Source: Scyliorhinus canicula (Eukaryota). Taken from it: a DNA stretch of 64,000 bases. The notes under the pieces are model-generated. The model was not told where the DNA came from and searched no databases. It saw nothing but the letters and a program-made list of their open reading frames with translations. Made by a program: the position numbers and the translations under genes. This document shows, piece by piece, positions 50,963 to 64,000 of the stretch. The stretch is taken from contig NC_052148.1 in assembly GCF_902713615.1 (NCBI RefSeq), positions 210,460,263 through 210,524,262 of the forward strand, read 5' to 3'. How positions within the stretch are numbered: position 1 is the stretch's first letter; each line of letters opens with the position of its first letter.

Positions 50963-52850
50963 AAATTGATTGATGGATTGATTTATTGTCACATTTACCG
51001 AAGTACAGTGAAAAGTAATTTTCTGCGGCCAAACTGTACACAGTACATAAACAGTGGACAAAAAGAATAATAGACAAAGTACATTGACTAATAATTGGTT
51101 ACAGTCCGGAACAAGGGCCAAACAAAGCAAATACATGAACAAAAGCAGCATAGGGCGTCCTCACGTCTTACAGGGAACAGATCAGTCTGAGGGAGACTCG
51201 TTAAGGAGCCTATTAGCTGTGGGGAAGAAGCAGTTCCTATGTCTGGATGTGCGGGTCTTCAGACTTCTGTATCTTCTACCTAATGGAAAGATGTGGAAGA
51301 GAGCAAATCCTGAGGGGTCTCTGACAATGTTGTCTGCCTTCCTGAGGCAGCGGGCGGTGTATACAGAATCAATGTGAGGGTGGCAAGCTTGTGTGATGCA
51401 TTGGGCTGAGTTCACCACACTGCAGTTTCTTGCGATCTTGGGCCAAACAGTTGGTATACCAAGCTGTGACGCAGCCGGGTAGGATGCTCGCGAAGGCACA
51501 TCTGTAGAGGTTTGTGAGAGTCGATGCAGACATGCTGAATTTCTTTAGCTTCTGTAGGAATTGTTGTGCTTTCTTGACTGTTGCATCAATGTGAGTGGAC
51601 CAGGACAGACTGTTGGTGATGGTGACCCCACCAGGAACTTAAAGCTATCAACCATCTCCACTTTGGAGCCATTTATGTAGATGGGGGCATGTGCCGTACT
51701 ACGCTTCCTGAAGTCGATGATCGGTTCTTTGGATTTGCTGACATTTAGAGAGAAGTTGTTTTCGGTACACCATGCAACCAAATGATCTATCTCCCTTCTG
51801 TAGTCTGACTCGTCATTATTTGAGATACGACCCACCGCAGTCGTAACATCCGCAAACTTATGGATCGAATTGGAGTTTAATCTTGCCACACAGTCGTGTG
51901 TGTTTCAGGAGTACAGTAGAGAACTAAGCACACATCCTTGTGGGGCCCCGATGTGGAGGACTATTGTGGAGGAGGTGCTGTTGCCTAGCCTGACAGATTG
52001 TGGTCTGTTGGTGAGGAGGTCAAGAATCCAGCTGCAGAAGCAGTGGTCAAGTCCAAGATTGCAGAGTTTGGCTATTAGTCTTGTCAGGATAATGGTGTTG
52101 AAGTCGGAGCTGTAGTCTATGAACAGTAGTCTGACATAGGTGGCCTTGTTGTCGAGGTGTCGTGTGTTGATTGTAGGGGCAGGGAGGTAGCATCTGCTGT
52201 GGATCGGTTGCGGTGATAGGCGAACTGCAATGGACCGAGACCGTCTGGGAGGCTGGCGTTGATCCATCTCATGACTAGCCACTCAAAGCATTTAGAACAT
52301 AGAACATAGAACAGTACAGCACAGAACAGGCCCTTCGGCCCTCAATGTTGTGCCGAGCCATGATCACCCTACTCAAACTCACCCTATACCCGTAACCCAA
52401 CAACCCCCCCTTAACCTTACTTTTATTAGGACACTACGGGCAATTTAGCATGGCCAATCCACCTAACCCGCACATCTTTGGACTGTGGGAGGAAACCGGA
52501 GCACCCGGAGGAAACCCACGCACACAGGGGGAGGACGTGCAGACTCCACACAGACAGTGACCCAGCCGGGAATCGAACCTGGGACCCTGGAGCTGTGAAG
52601 CATTTATGCTAACCACCATGCTACCCTGCTACCCCTACTACCCTGCTACCCCTGCTACCCTGCTACCCCATTTGATGATAGCAGATGCCAGGGTCACCGG
52701 TCGGTAGTCATTTAGGCATGCTATCTTGTCTTCTTTGGTACTGGTATTATGGTGGTCTTCTTGAAGGAGGTGGGAACCTCGGAGCGAAGAAGTGAGGTGT
52801 TGAAGATGTCTGCGAGTACATTCGCCAGCTGGTCTGCTCAGGATCTGAGG
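50963..52850 (-). mobile_element. Rex1/Babar-like LINE RT fragment
   Basis: [53 protein letters not shown]; short (ATTG)n tail at ~50966; split by the SINE at 52294. Confidence 0.8.
52294..52669 (-). mobile_element. Young HE1-like SINE with tandemly amplified head
   Basis: Near identical to the copy at 15588; repeated CTACCCTG units at 52620-52669. Confidence 0.9.
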
Positions 52851-53610
52851 GCTCTCTATGAAAGGCAATTTCCTGCCTTTATGTTTCGCTCTTAAATTTG
52901 AATGTATAATCAGAATTTTTAAAGTTACAAAGCATCACAACTCAGCAGCTTTCAGATCCAATCAATTGATTAAGTTAAATTTTTGTTCAGCCGTAAATTT
53001 CTGCAGTGCTTCATCCATAGGCATCACCATAACATAAAGTTGGGCCATGCACTTGCTTTCAGGGAGACCACAATGTGAAGTGATTCACTCAGCCTCAGGA
53101 GCAAAGCAATAGTAGTGGCAAATACCACCCTTATCTGTTTCTCTAACCCCCTACGTTCACCCCCCCCAGTAACAGTTCCGTTAACTGACAAGGCATCATT
53201 CTCTGGAATTATTTCCCCCTCCTCCATAAGACCCTCTTTAAAGCCCACCTCTTTGACCAAATTTTTGGTTGTTCCTCCTAATTATTGGTGGGCAAGATTT
53301 TAACTCCCTCAAGCGCCGACCACTCGGAGAGCTAAAATCAAGCCAAATTTCTCTTTTTTTTAGTCCAACTATTTTGCCTTTCAACCCTGTGAATTACTTT
53401 GCAACATTTTCCCGACATTAAATGTACTACATCCATGGGCGTCGTCATTTTAGATGCGGAGTCAGGTACTGTATTTTTCCACCTCCCATTGAAACTCCTT
53501 TAATTTCAATAGAATTGGACGTCTGCACTGATAATCATTAACCAGTGTGTGGTGTAATAGTGCCACCTTGTGGCAATGGTTATTTTAACCTTCAGTCACA
53601 TTTTTCTTGT

Positions 53611-53968
53611 GGGCAGCATGGTAGCATAGTGGTTGGCACTATGGCTTCACAGGTTCGATTCCAGTTCAATTCTTGCCAGGGTCCCAGGTTCGATTCCTGC
53701 TTGGGTCACTATCTGTGCAGAGTTTGCACGTTCTCCCCGTGTCTGCCTGGGTTTCCTCCGGGTGCTCCGGTTTCCTTCCACAGTCCAAAGATGTGCAGGT
53801 TGGGTGGATTGGCCATGTTAAATTGCCCTTAGGTTAGATGGGGTTGCAGGGTTACGGGGATAGGGTGGAGGTGTGGGCTTAAGTAGGATGCTCTTTCCAA
53901 GACCCGGTGCAGACTCGATGGGCCGAATGGCCTCCTTCTGCACTGTAAATTCTATTTCTATGTCTATG
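53611..53968 (+). mobile_element. HE1-like SINE
   Basis: Head, core and tail motifs. Confidence 0.85.
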
Positions 53969-53975
53969 TCTTGAG

Positions 53976-54120
53976 TTGAAGATTGTAACAGTAATTGAAG
54001 ATTGTAACAGTATTTGAAGATTATAATAGTAATTGAAGAATGTAATAATAATTGAAGATTATAATAGTACTTGAAGAATGTAATAGTAATTTAAGATTGT
54101 AATAGTAATTGAAGATTATA
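53976..54120. repeat. 19-bp AT-rich minisatellite (TTGAAGATTGTAACAGTAA), about 7.5 copies
   Basis: Period 19 visible (unit starts at 53976 and 53995). Confidence 0.9.
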
Positions 54121-54585
54121 GCTTCACGGAATCACCAAACTCCAAAAATAAAAACAGATTAACATATTTCTACAAAGTAGATTATATTCCCTTGCATTTA
54201 ATACTTTAGTGTGATCTCTAGTTGGCAAAATGGCACATTTGCAGTTACTATGATGTCCAGGTTAAGAAAATTAAGAAAATATGCAAAGCAGCGACCAATG
54301 GTGAAAAAGCAAAATATGCACATGTTGGAAATTGAAAATAAAACCAAGAACGCTGGAAATAGTCAGCAAGTTAGGGAGTTCTCCAAACATTGGGCACGAT
54401 TTTTCTGGCCCATTCGACGTTGGTGCTGTATCTTGCACAAGGGTGATAACAGACTTGCGCCAGTGAGATCTTGGTCTGAGACCTTCCCTGACCCCTCTCA
54501 CTCCCACACCCAGAAGTGACGTGATCTGGGCGTGAATCTGAATTGCATTAATTTAAGTGAATTTAAATATAATTATGATAAATAA

Positions 54586-54766
54586 AATGAAAATGAAAAT
54601 TGCTTATTGTCACGAGTAGGCTTCAATGAAGTTACTGTGAAAAACCCTAGTCATCACATTCCGGCGCCTGTTCGGGGAGGCTGGTTCGGGAATTGAACCG
54701 TGCTGCTGGCCTGCCTTGGTCTGCTTTAAAAGCCAACGATTTAGCCTAGTGTGCTAAACCAGCCCC
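54586..54766 (-). mobile_element. Short tRNA-derived SINE
   Basis: Minus strand head GGGGCTGGTTTAGCAC, B box GGTTCAATTCCC, tail TGACAATAAG. Confidence 0.65.
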
Positions 54767-55177
54767 GGTAATTAAATGGCTTTGCGCTGTACCTTCCAGC
54801 TACGAGTGATGCCGTCGTCCCCCCCCCCCCCCCCCCGCGACGGTGTAACATCACGACAGCAGCACAATGAGGCCCTGTGGTTGAGGGTCAAGGTTGGGCA
54901 GTGCACCCCGAGCACCCTGGCAGTGGCAGAGGGCAGGCCAGAGGGCATTGAGAGGGGCAGGGAGGGTGCAAACTCTTTCCTATTGGGGGCGGTTGCTTCA
55001 CCTTATGTGTGATGGGAGGAGCAAGGCGTGCGCGTTGGAGAATGCATGGGGGAGGGTTGCTGGTACGCGAGGGGGGAAGAGTGACTCCGATAGGTGGGGG
55101 GATCGCTCCGAAGCTTGTCGGGGGTCCTCTATGGCCATGGGGGAGGGTGGGGGGTGAGAAGGAGTTCAGTGTTACAC

Positions 55178-55638
55178 AGAACATAGAACATACAGTGCAG
55201 AAGGAGGCCATTTTGGCCCATCGAGTCTGCACCGACCCACTTAAGTCCTCACTTCCACCCTATCCCCGCAACCCAATAACCCCTCCAACTTTTGTGGTCA
55301 CTAGGGGCAAGTTGTCATGGCCAATCCACCTAAATGCACGTCTTTGGACTGAGGGAGGAAACCGGAGCACCTGGAGGAAACCCACGCAGACACGGGGAGA
55401 ACGCGCAGACTCCGCACAGTGACCCAGCGGGGAATCGAACCTGGGGCCCTGGTGCTGTGAAGCCACAGTGTTATCCATTTGTGCTACCGTGCTGCCCATT
55501 AGATAATCATGGAATTCCTACAGTGCAGAAGGAGGCCATTTGCCCCATCGAGTCTACACCCATACACCAAAGGAAAACCCCACCAAGGCCCACTCCCCAC
55601 CTTATCCCTGCAACCCCACAACTCCACCTAACCTTTTG
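55178..55638 (-). mobile_element. HE1-like SINE (55178-55497) plus an adjacent SINE tail fragment
   Basis: Core and tail motifs. Confidence 0.8.
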
Positions 55639-58600
55639 GAGATGTTGGGGGCCTGGTCTGGGATTGTGACAGACAGAGAGGAGAAATGAAAAGGAAATGG
55701 ACAGGTGGAAAAGATCTCAGAGGGGCAGAGAGAAAAGAAGTAGAAGGAGTGAGGAAAATCTGTTCCTGATTGGTGCACCCATATACGTTGGCGTCCCGAT
55801 CTCTGTGTAGCCAGGTTTGGTGACTTTATGTGGCCTTGCCCCTCCAAAGTGACAGCGCTAAACATAACCCCCGATTTTGTTTTTCCCCTGCCAAATGTCA
55901 GAAAGATTTGGCCAGAAAACTGGCGAGAAAGACGTTTTCAGTCAGAACCTGACACTTTGCCATGCTTTTGGAAAATTCCATCTATTAACTCTGTTTTTTT
56001 TTCTCTCTCTGTCTCTATGTATATATATTATATATATCTCCATAAATACTACCTGATCTGCTGAGTATTTTCAGTATTTTGTGCCTTTATTAGAAATTAA
56101 CAGCGCTTTTTCAGGACCTTAAATGCTGAAAATGTGTCAGTGATGACAGAAAAATGGCACTCTCGCCATTGACGATGATCTTTAATGTAAAGCAGTATAC
56201 CTATACCTCTGGACATCTAATGATATCATAGATGTGCATTTTCATGTGTCTCAATGACTAGAATGTTACCCCTTTTACACTTAATGGCATAGAACATGGA
56301 ACATACGATACTGAAGTGTTATTGTCAATGGCTCAACCTGTTTCCAAGATTGGTAGCTCTTGATTTGGAATAACTACGAAAGAAAGGCAAATAAGGAAGT
56401 GTGTTGCACAGTTGTTACAGGTAAATATTTTGAGTGCTAACTGCATGAGATGTCAAGAGTTCAGTAGCACACTGATGCTGCAAAACGCTTCTGTCCTGTT
56501 TAGCGTGTCATTCAAGTCATGGGGCTACACTGAGCCTAGCTTGATGTCAGATCATATTAAAGACGATGTGCCTGGGGTTTAATGGGTTGTCATTTTTAAT
56601 TTTGACCATTAATGAGGCTTTCCAGATGGCAGGTGACAATCTATAAAGACATGTTTCAGTAAAGACATGAGAAGGGTTACAGCACCCTCTACTGTTCCAA
56701 TTGATGAACTAGATCTGATGCAGAATTGACATCCAGCCCAATTTTCTTCTAATACTAAATGTATGTTCCAGTTTGAAATAGTTTCTTAGCTAGCTGTAGA
56801 GTACAGATTCTGACTGTCCCTTCCAAACCTCTTTAATGTCTATGTTGTTCATGCGTTGCTCATTCTGCCCTATTTGCTGGATGTTTTTCTATTCCCAAAC
56901 TTAGCAAATAACCTTTTCTAGAAGATTGTTCTCCAGTGGTTCAGGAATTCAATTGTCAAACATTCAAAACCTGAGCTCTAGACTCTGTTAAAATAACTAT
57001 TCACAGACTGGCCATGGTGAAAGTAAGTGATAGTTGGAGTGTTATGTTTTGCCGTAACCTCTTTGGGTTTGGAGGCGAGAATTGGTTGGATCTCCTGCTT
57101 CCACTGATATCTAGTTACTACTTCTGTATGTGTATATGTGTAAGGTGAAGACAGGATTACACAGGAAGATAGGAACAGGAGGAGAATGTTCAATCCCCAG
57201 AACCTCTTTCACTTACAATTAAACCATAGCTGAATCTGATTCTTACCTCTATTTACCCGCCTTTAATTTTTCAATGGCTGCAACAGCCTCTTGGGGGAGA
57301 GAGTTCCAAGTTCCCATTACCCTTGGCGCAAAGAAGCATTTTGTAACGCCTAATTTTAAAGTTACGCCCTCCCCGACTACAGAAAAAAAGATTTTAACTG
57401 ACCTACAAAATTCTTCAACGAGCTTGCTCACCTCATTTAATAAACCTTTAACGTTCCAGACAAAAGGGGATGCAATGGAACTCTACAAGACCTGCCCTCA
57501 TAATTTAACCCTTTCAGTCCCTGTGCCATTCTGGTGAATACAGCCCCGTGAAGGCTAAATTATCCTTGCTGATGTGTGGTGCCCAGAACCGAGTGCAGCA
57601 TCTCATCTCTCACTGAAGAGCCTGTGCTTGCTGTTGTTGTTATGGACCTACACTTGAGTAATGACGGCTTGTGAAATATCAAGAGGTCAATGGGTGCCTA
57701 AGGACCTGTGACCCAAGACACCAGGGAGTCAGCACCTTCAGCAATAAGTTAAAGTTATCATGCGAGAATTCATTGCCTTCAGAAGAAAAATCAAAAGTTA
57801 ACCCTTCTGGTAGTATGTGCCATCTCATTTACTTTTTCAACAGCTGGCAGTAAAGTGGAAGGATAAATAAATTCTGAAGATAAAATTTTAAAAAGACAGG
57901 TTGCTTTAGATCAATCTGATATTTTGATGGAACCTATTTAGAAATTGCATTGGACAAAAATAAGAGCAGCTTATGGTTTCTTTGTTTTTTGTGCACATTG
58001 AATATATTTGGTTGACTTCCAAGGCAATATATGGATAATTAGGAAATCTCAGCAGTTGCCACAACAATGCATGAACACAACAGTTCTAAAAACAACATGC
58101 ATTTGTTGGCCAATCATATTATCAAATTTGCATCAAGACAAATTCATAGAATCATAGAATCCCTATAGTGTAGAAGGAGGCCATTTGGCCCATCACGTCT
58201 GCACCAACCCGCTGAAAGAGCACTCTACCCAGATCCAGTGTGGAGTGATTTAGGTCACTTGTAGACCATGCAGATAAAAGCCATGAGGACAGCTGTGTAC
58301 TTTCCGCAACCCTGAAGTATGACCACAGCCCATAGGAAAGCCAAATTTAAAATGGCTACAGGTCATTCACTACATCACCTGAGAGCTTTTTCTAAACTTT
58401 ATTTGAGCTCTTGTGATGTTAGCAGATAGTGGCTATAATGTCAAATCAGCATGAAAGTGTTGAAAAACAGCTCTCCACGTGTCCGAGCAGACTAATACGA
58501 AGCTCTACGGCGAGTAACAGGGCAGCCAACACTTTAACTTAGAACTGTCAGCCCTTCACTGCTGCAGATTGGTATCGGCCTGAGACTGCTACATATATTT

Positions 58601-58982
58601 TAACTGGTGCTAAAATGTATATGTGATCAGCTTAAGCACTAATCATATTTTGGATTCGGGTACATTGAAGTGGGGTATGCTTTCTGTTATTAAGTTGCCT
58701 GTTGACATTTTTGAAACACAAGACGAACATTTTGTGATTAATCTGGGTTCATTCCGACGGTGAAATTTAAATGTTGGAAATACGCTGCCAAAACACAGCT
58801 GTTCATCTCCCTAAATCACGCTGAGACCAAACATCAGCCAACAGCTGCTTTCTATTATCGTTCTTTACTTCTGTCTGGCAGCCTTTTACAACTTTGGTGT
58901 GATCTGTTTTATGTGAGAGTTTCAATTAGAGAGTGTTATCTACTGGCCACGCTGTGCCCCCGTCCGGTGCAGCCCGGTTGGT

Positions 58983-59339
58983 ACATAGAACATATAGAAC
59001 ATAGAACAGTACAGCACAGAACAGGCCCTTCGGCCCTCAATGATGTGCCGAGCCATGATCACCCTACTCAAACCCACGTATCCACCCTATACCCACAACC
59101 CAACAACCCCCCCCTTAACCTTACTTTTATTAGGACACTACGGGCAATTTAGCATGGCCAATCCACCTAACCCGCACATCTTTGGACTGTGGGAGGAAAC
59201 CGGAGCACCCGGAGGAAACCCACGCACACAGGGGGAGGACGTGCAGACTCCACACAGACAGTGACCCAGCCGGGAATCGAACCTGGGACCCTGGAGCTGT
59301 GAAGCATTTATGCTAACCACCATGCTACCCTGCTGCCCC
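58983..59339 (-). mobile_element. Young HE1-like SINE
   Basis: Near identical to the copies at 15588 and 52294. Confidence 0.9.
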
Positions 59340-60049
59340 TGCATGCCGGGAGAGATGTCTTCCGGGATCTACGCGGCTCGGCACGCCTCGCGGGATCAAC
59401 CGTGATCTCGTGAGACACTGCGTTTTGAACTGTGGGTTGGATCAGTATTTGGTAAATCTGCATATTTGAATGAGGCAGCTAGTCTTACTCTAATAGGCAT
59501 CTCCCTTATCTACAGAGGCTTTGGGATCTAACCCCTTCGTCTTGGAGACCTTGGGTGAGCGCTGTTCAGTACTGGTCCCCGCAGACGGAACGGTACTTGG
59601 GTGTGGGGTCTCCCAGGAGGTCAGAGGCCCCCAAGTGGTTTCCGTCTGGGTATGATGGCACCCTGACACTGCTGGTGCTACCTGGGCACCTTGGCACTGC
59701 CAGCCTGGCATACCATACTTAACAAACTTATTTATAGGGCAAGATTTAACGGGAGTAAAACAATCCCATTATGGACGTGTTTAGCGAGATGATTCTCGGC
59801 ACCTGCAGCTTTTAAAGGGACTCATTATTTGACATTGGTGAGGAACTTCCCGGTGAGGTCGCACTTACCTTAATTGAGCTTGTCAGTGCAGAAAGAAATC
59901 CAGGCCCCATTTTAAAATGCTGCCCCCGCCCCTATCTCTCGACCCCCCTCCCCCACCATGTCTTCCGGCCTCCACCCCCCCCTTGCCTCACCCCATAAGG
60001 GCGAGAACCCCGGGACCTGATTCCTGGCATGGGCAACCTGGCACCCAGG

Positions 60050-60388
60050 CACATAGAACAGTACAGCACAGAACAGGCCCTTCGGCCCTCGATGTTGTGC
60101 CGAGCCATGATCACCATACTCAAACCCACGTATCCACCCTATACCTGTAACTCAACAACCCCCCCCTTAACCTTACTTTTTTTTAGGACACTACGGGCAA
60201 TTTAGCATAGCCAATCCACCTAACCCGCACATTTTGGACTGTGGGAGGAAACCGGAGCACCCGGAGGAAACCCACGCACACACGGGGAGGACGTGCAGAC
60301 TCCGCACAGACAGTGACCCAGCCGGGAATCGAACCTGGGACCCTGGAACTGTGAAGCATTTATGCTAACCACCATGCTACCGTGCTGC
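60050..60388 (-). mobile_element. Young HE1-like SINE
   Basis: Same subfamily as the copy at 58983. Confidence 0.88.
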
Positions 60389-60838
60389 CTTGGGACTGCC
60401 AGCATGGCACCCTGGCAGTGCTACCCTTGAAGCCTGGCAGTGTCTGAGTGACACTGCCATGGTGCCCAGCTGACAGTGCCGTGGTGCCCAAGTGGCAGTG
60501 TGGATGCCAAGGTATCGTCCTGCCCAGAGCCCGACTACCCGGGGGCCTCCGATGGCCTGTGAGACCCCCACCCAGGTTCCGTTATGCCTGGTCCACATTT
60601 GTGTCCACCAATGCTAAACAGCACCATGGCGAGGACTTCCAGGCACTGCCGTTCGTTCCCGGGCCTCGAGAGCATCGGGCGCCAACACATTTATCTGAGC
60701 ATCACTGGCCGACGTGGTGACGCGACGAGGCCTATCAGTCGTGCCAATAAACTCTAGATTAATTTCTTCAGAAACTATTTATCAAGCTGTGAAGGACATC
60801 ATAAGCATTCAATGTGGAATAAATCTGGTTGAGTCACT

Positions 60839-61523
60839 GGGGGCGATTCTCCGCTCCGCGGCCCAAGTGCCCGTGCTGTTGTGAACGCCGTCGCGTTTCA
60901 CGCCGTCGTGAGCAGGGCCCGGGCACGAACTATTCTGGCCCCCACAGGGGACCAGCACGGTGTTGGAGTGGTTCGCGCCACTCCAGCATCCCTACGCGGC
61001 GCCAAATGGGTGCCGCGCCAACCCGTGCATGCGCAGTTGGGGCAGCTCAATCCTGCACATGTGCAGTTGGGCCGCGCCATCCTGCGCATGCGCATGGAAC
61101 TTCTTACAAGCGGCAGCCCCGACGCAAAATGGCGTGGATGTTCAGGGGCCGGCCGCGGTGGAATAAAGGCCCGGTGGTGGGAGAGGCCAGCCTGCGCCCC
61201 CCGGTGAAGAAGCCCCCCCCCCCCCCCCCCACTCCCTCTCCCCCCGTCACAGGCCGCCCCCCGAGCGTTCCCGCTGGCAGCGACCAGGGGTGGATGGCGC
61301 CAGTGGGACTCTGTCGTGACGGACCGGCCTCTCGGCCCATCTGGCCGGAGAATCGCCACTCGCCATTTGCAGAGATTCTCCGACTGACCCGGCGCGATTC
61401 GCGCGCCGCTTGTTTTGGGGGGGTGGGAGAATCACGTGCGGGGGTTGGGGCACCGTGGCGCGATTCACGCGGCGCCCCGGTGATTCTCCCACCCGGCGTG
61501 GGGGTGGGGGGAGAGTACCGCCC
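60839..61523. mobile_element. GC-rich MITE
   Basis: TIRs GGGGGCGATTCTCC / GGAGAGTACCGCCC; TSD ACT on both sides. Confidence 0.85.
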
Positions 61524-61591
61524 ACTATGTCTAATTCTGCAATTCTCCTTGTGGGTTTTGAGTACTGGTAGATGAGGACTAGGTTTATAGT

Positions 61592-61815
61592 TAGAATCAT
61601 AGAATTTACAGTGCCAAAGAGGCCATTGAGACATCGAGTCTGACCTGGCCTTAAAAGAGCACTCTACTTAGTCCCATGCCTCCACCCTATCCCCATAACC
61701 CGGTACCCCCACCTAACCTTTTGGACACTTAAGGGGCAATTTAGCATGGCCAATTCACCCAACCTGCACATCTTTGGACTATGGGAGGAAACCGGAGCAC
61801 CTGGAGGAAATCCGC
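61592..61815 (-). mobile_element. HE1-like SINE 3' half, truncated where the CR1 begins
   Basis: Tail and core present, head absent. Confidence 0.75.
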
Positions 61816-61824
61816 AATGACACG

Positions 61825-64000
61825 GATGGGATAGGGATGGGAACCGATGCAGGAAGTTGGAAGGTAGTAAAACAGGGACAGAAGCAAAAGGAAGTAAAGG
61901 GGAAAGTGCAAGACAGAGAAGACATAGTCAAAAATCAAAAAGGGCGACAGTACAAGGTACAGTGACTGAGGGGAGCTCAGTGAATAGGCCCAGTAATACT
62001 AAAAGGAGTAAAACTGGAGATGTTAAGATTCAAAACAGAGGTAAAAAAACCAACATAAGTGTACTTTACCTGAATGCTCGTAGTATTCGGAATAAAGTAA
62101 ATGAGTTGATGGCGCAAATCATCGTGAATTACTATGATTTAGTGGCCATTACTGAAACATGGTTGAAGGATGGTCACGACTGGGAGTTAAATATCCGAGG
62201 GTATCAAACTATTCGGAAGGACAGAGTGGATGGTAAGGGAGGTGGTGTAGCTCTGTTATTTAAGGATGACATCCGGGCAATAGTTAGGGATGATATCGGT
62301 GCTATGGAGGATAAGGTTGAATCCATTTGGGTGGAAATCAGGAATAGTAAGGCGAAAAAGTCACTGATAGGAGTCGTCTATCGGCCACCAAATAGTAACG
62401 TTATGTTGGGGCAGGCAATAAACAAAGAGATAACTGATGCATGTAGAAATGGTACAGCAGTTATCATGGGGGATTTTAATCTACATGCCGATTGGTTTAA
62501 CCAGGTCGGTCAAGGCAACCTTGAAGAGGAATTTATAGAATGTATCCGCGATAGTTTCCTAGAACAGTATGTAATGGAACCTACGAGGGAACAAGCGGTC
62601 CTAGATCTTGTCCTGTGGAATGAGACACGATTGATTCATGATCTCATAGTTAGGGATCCTCTCGGAAGGAGCGATCACAATACGGTGGAATTTAAAATAC
62701 AGATGGAGGGTGAGAAGGTAAAATCAAATACTAGTGTTTTGTGCTTAAACAAAGGAGATTAAAATGGGATGAGAGAAGAACTAGCAAGGTAGACTGGGAG
62801 CAAAGACTTTATGGTGGAACAGTTGAGGAACAGTGGAGAACCTTCCAAGCGATTTTTCACAGTGCTCAGAAAAGGTTTATACCCACAAAAAGGAAGGACG
62901 GTAGAAAGAGGGAAAATCGACCGTGGATATCTAAGGAAATTATAAGGGAGAGTATCAAATTGAAGGAAAGAGCATACAAAGTGGCAAAGATTGGTGGGAG
63001 ACTAGAGGACTGGGAAACATTTAAAGGGCAACAGAAAGCTACTAAAAAAGCTATAAAGAAAAGTAAGATAGAGTATGAGAGTAAACTTGCTCAGAATATT
63101 AAAGCAGACAGCAAAAGTTTTTACAAATATATAAAGCAAAAAAGAGTGGCTAAGGTAAATATTGGTCCTTTAGAGGATGAGAAGGGAGTTTTAATAATGG
63201 GAGATGAGGAAATGGCTGAGGAACTGAACAGGTTTTTTGGGTCGGTCTTCACAGTGGAAGACACAAATAACATGCCAGTGACTGATAGAAATGAGGTTAT
63301 GACAGGTGATGACCTTGAGAGGATTGTTATCACTAAGGAGTTAGTGATGGGCAAGCTAATGGGGCTAAAGGTAGACAAGTCTCCTGGCCCTGATGGAATG
63401 CATCCCAGAGTGCTAAAAGAGATGGCTAGGGAAATTGCAGATGCACTAGTGATGATTTACCAAAATTCACTAGACTCTGGGGTGGTCCCGGTGGATTGGA
63501 AATGAGCAAACGTGACACCAATGTTTAAAAAAGGAAGTAGGCAGAGAGCAGGAAATTATAGGCCAGTGAGCTTAACTTCGGTAGTAGGGAAGATGCTGGA
63601 ATCTATCATCAAGGAAGAAATAGCGAGGCATCTGGATAGAAATTGTCCCATTGGGCAGACGCAGCATGGGTTCATAAAGGGCAGGTCGTGCCTAACTAAT
63701 TTAGTGGCATTTTTTGAGGACATTACCAGTGCAGTGGATAACGGGGAGCCAATGGATGTGGTATATCTGGATTTCCAGAAAGCTTTTGACAAGGTGCCAC
63801 ACAAAAGGCTGCTGCATAAGATAAAGATGCATGGCATTAAGGGTAAAGTAGTAGCATGGATAGAGGATTGGTTACTTAATAGAAAGCAAAGAGTGGGGAT
63901 TAATGGGTGCTTCTCTGGTTGGCGATCAGGGATCCGTGTTGGGCCCACAATAGTTCACAATCTACATAGATGATTTGGAGTTGGGGACCAAGGGCAATGT
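61825..64000 (+). mobile_element. Relatively young CR1-clade LINE ORF2 (APE endonuclease plus RT), disrupted and running off the window
   Basis: LYLNARSI, ITETWL, GGGVAL, MGDFN, SDHN, KSPGPDGMHPRVLKE, NYRPVSLTS, YLDFQKAFDKVPH; stops/frameshifts near 62762 and 63505, and a deletion near 63928. Confidence 0.92.

Overview
This is vertebrate genomic DNA, very probably from a shark or other cartilaginous fish (inferred from abundant HE1-type V-SINEs and the gene sequence). The window appears to lie entirely inside a large-intron tolloid-like metalloprotease gene on the + strand (best match TLL1). Four coding exons are present: the second half of CUB3, EGF2, and the two halves of CUB4. The main object is a complete 9.86-kb LTR provirus on the minus strand at 531-10391. 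It has 967-bp LTRs about 3% diverged by manual count, a CGAT target-site duplication, a tRNA-Arg-like PBS and a PPT. Its Gag carries a coiled coil and one zinc knuckle, is separated from Pol by a single in-frame UGA, and is followed by foamy-like PR/RT motifs (WDTG, YVDD). Pol has a dual RNase H (a dead Gypsy-like tether plus an active retroviral-type domain) and an integrase with a long extra tail. In the env position there is no env, only an intact ORF for a 115-aa type-I membrane protein preceded by several strong splice acceptors. This looks like a basal retrovirus-like (lokiretrovirus/Odin-grade) element with an unexplained mini-glycoprotein. It is the top layer of a nest: L1 < MITE < Gypsy < this provirus. 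The remainder is intronic SINEs, GC-rich MITEs with 3-bp TSDs, L1/CR1/Rex1-like LINE relics, minisatellites and two long inverted repeats. All coordinates and alignments were read by eye; repeat boundaries are approximate and no database searches were run.
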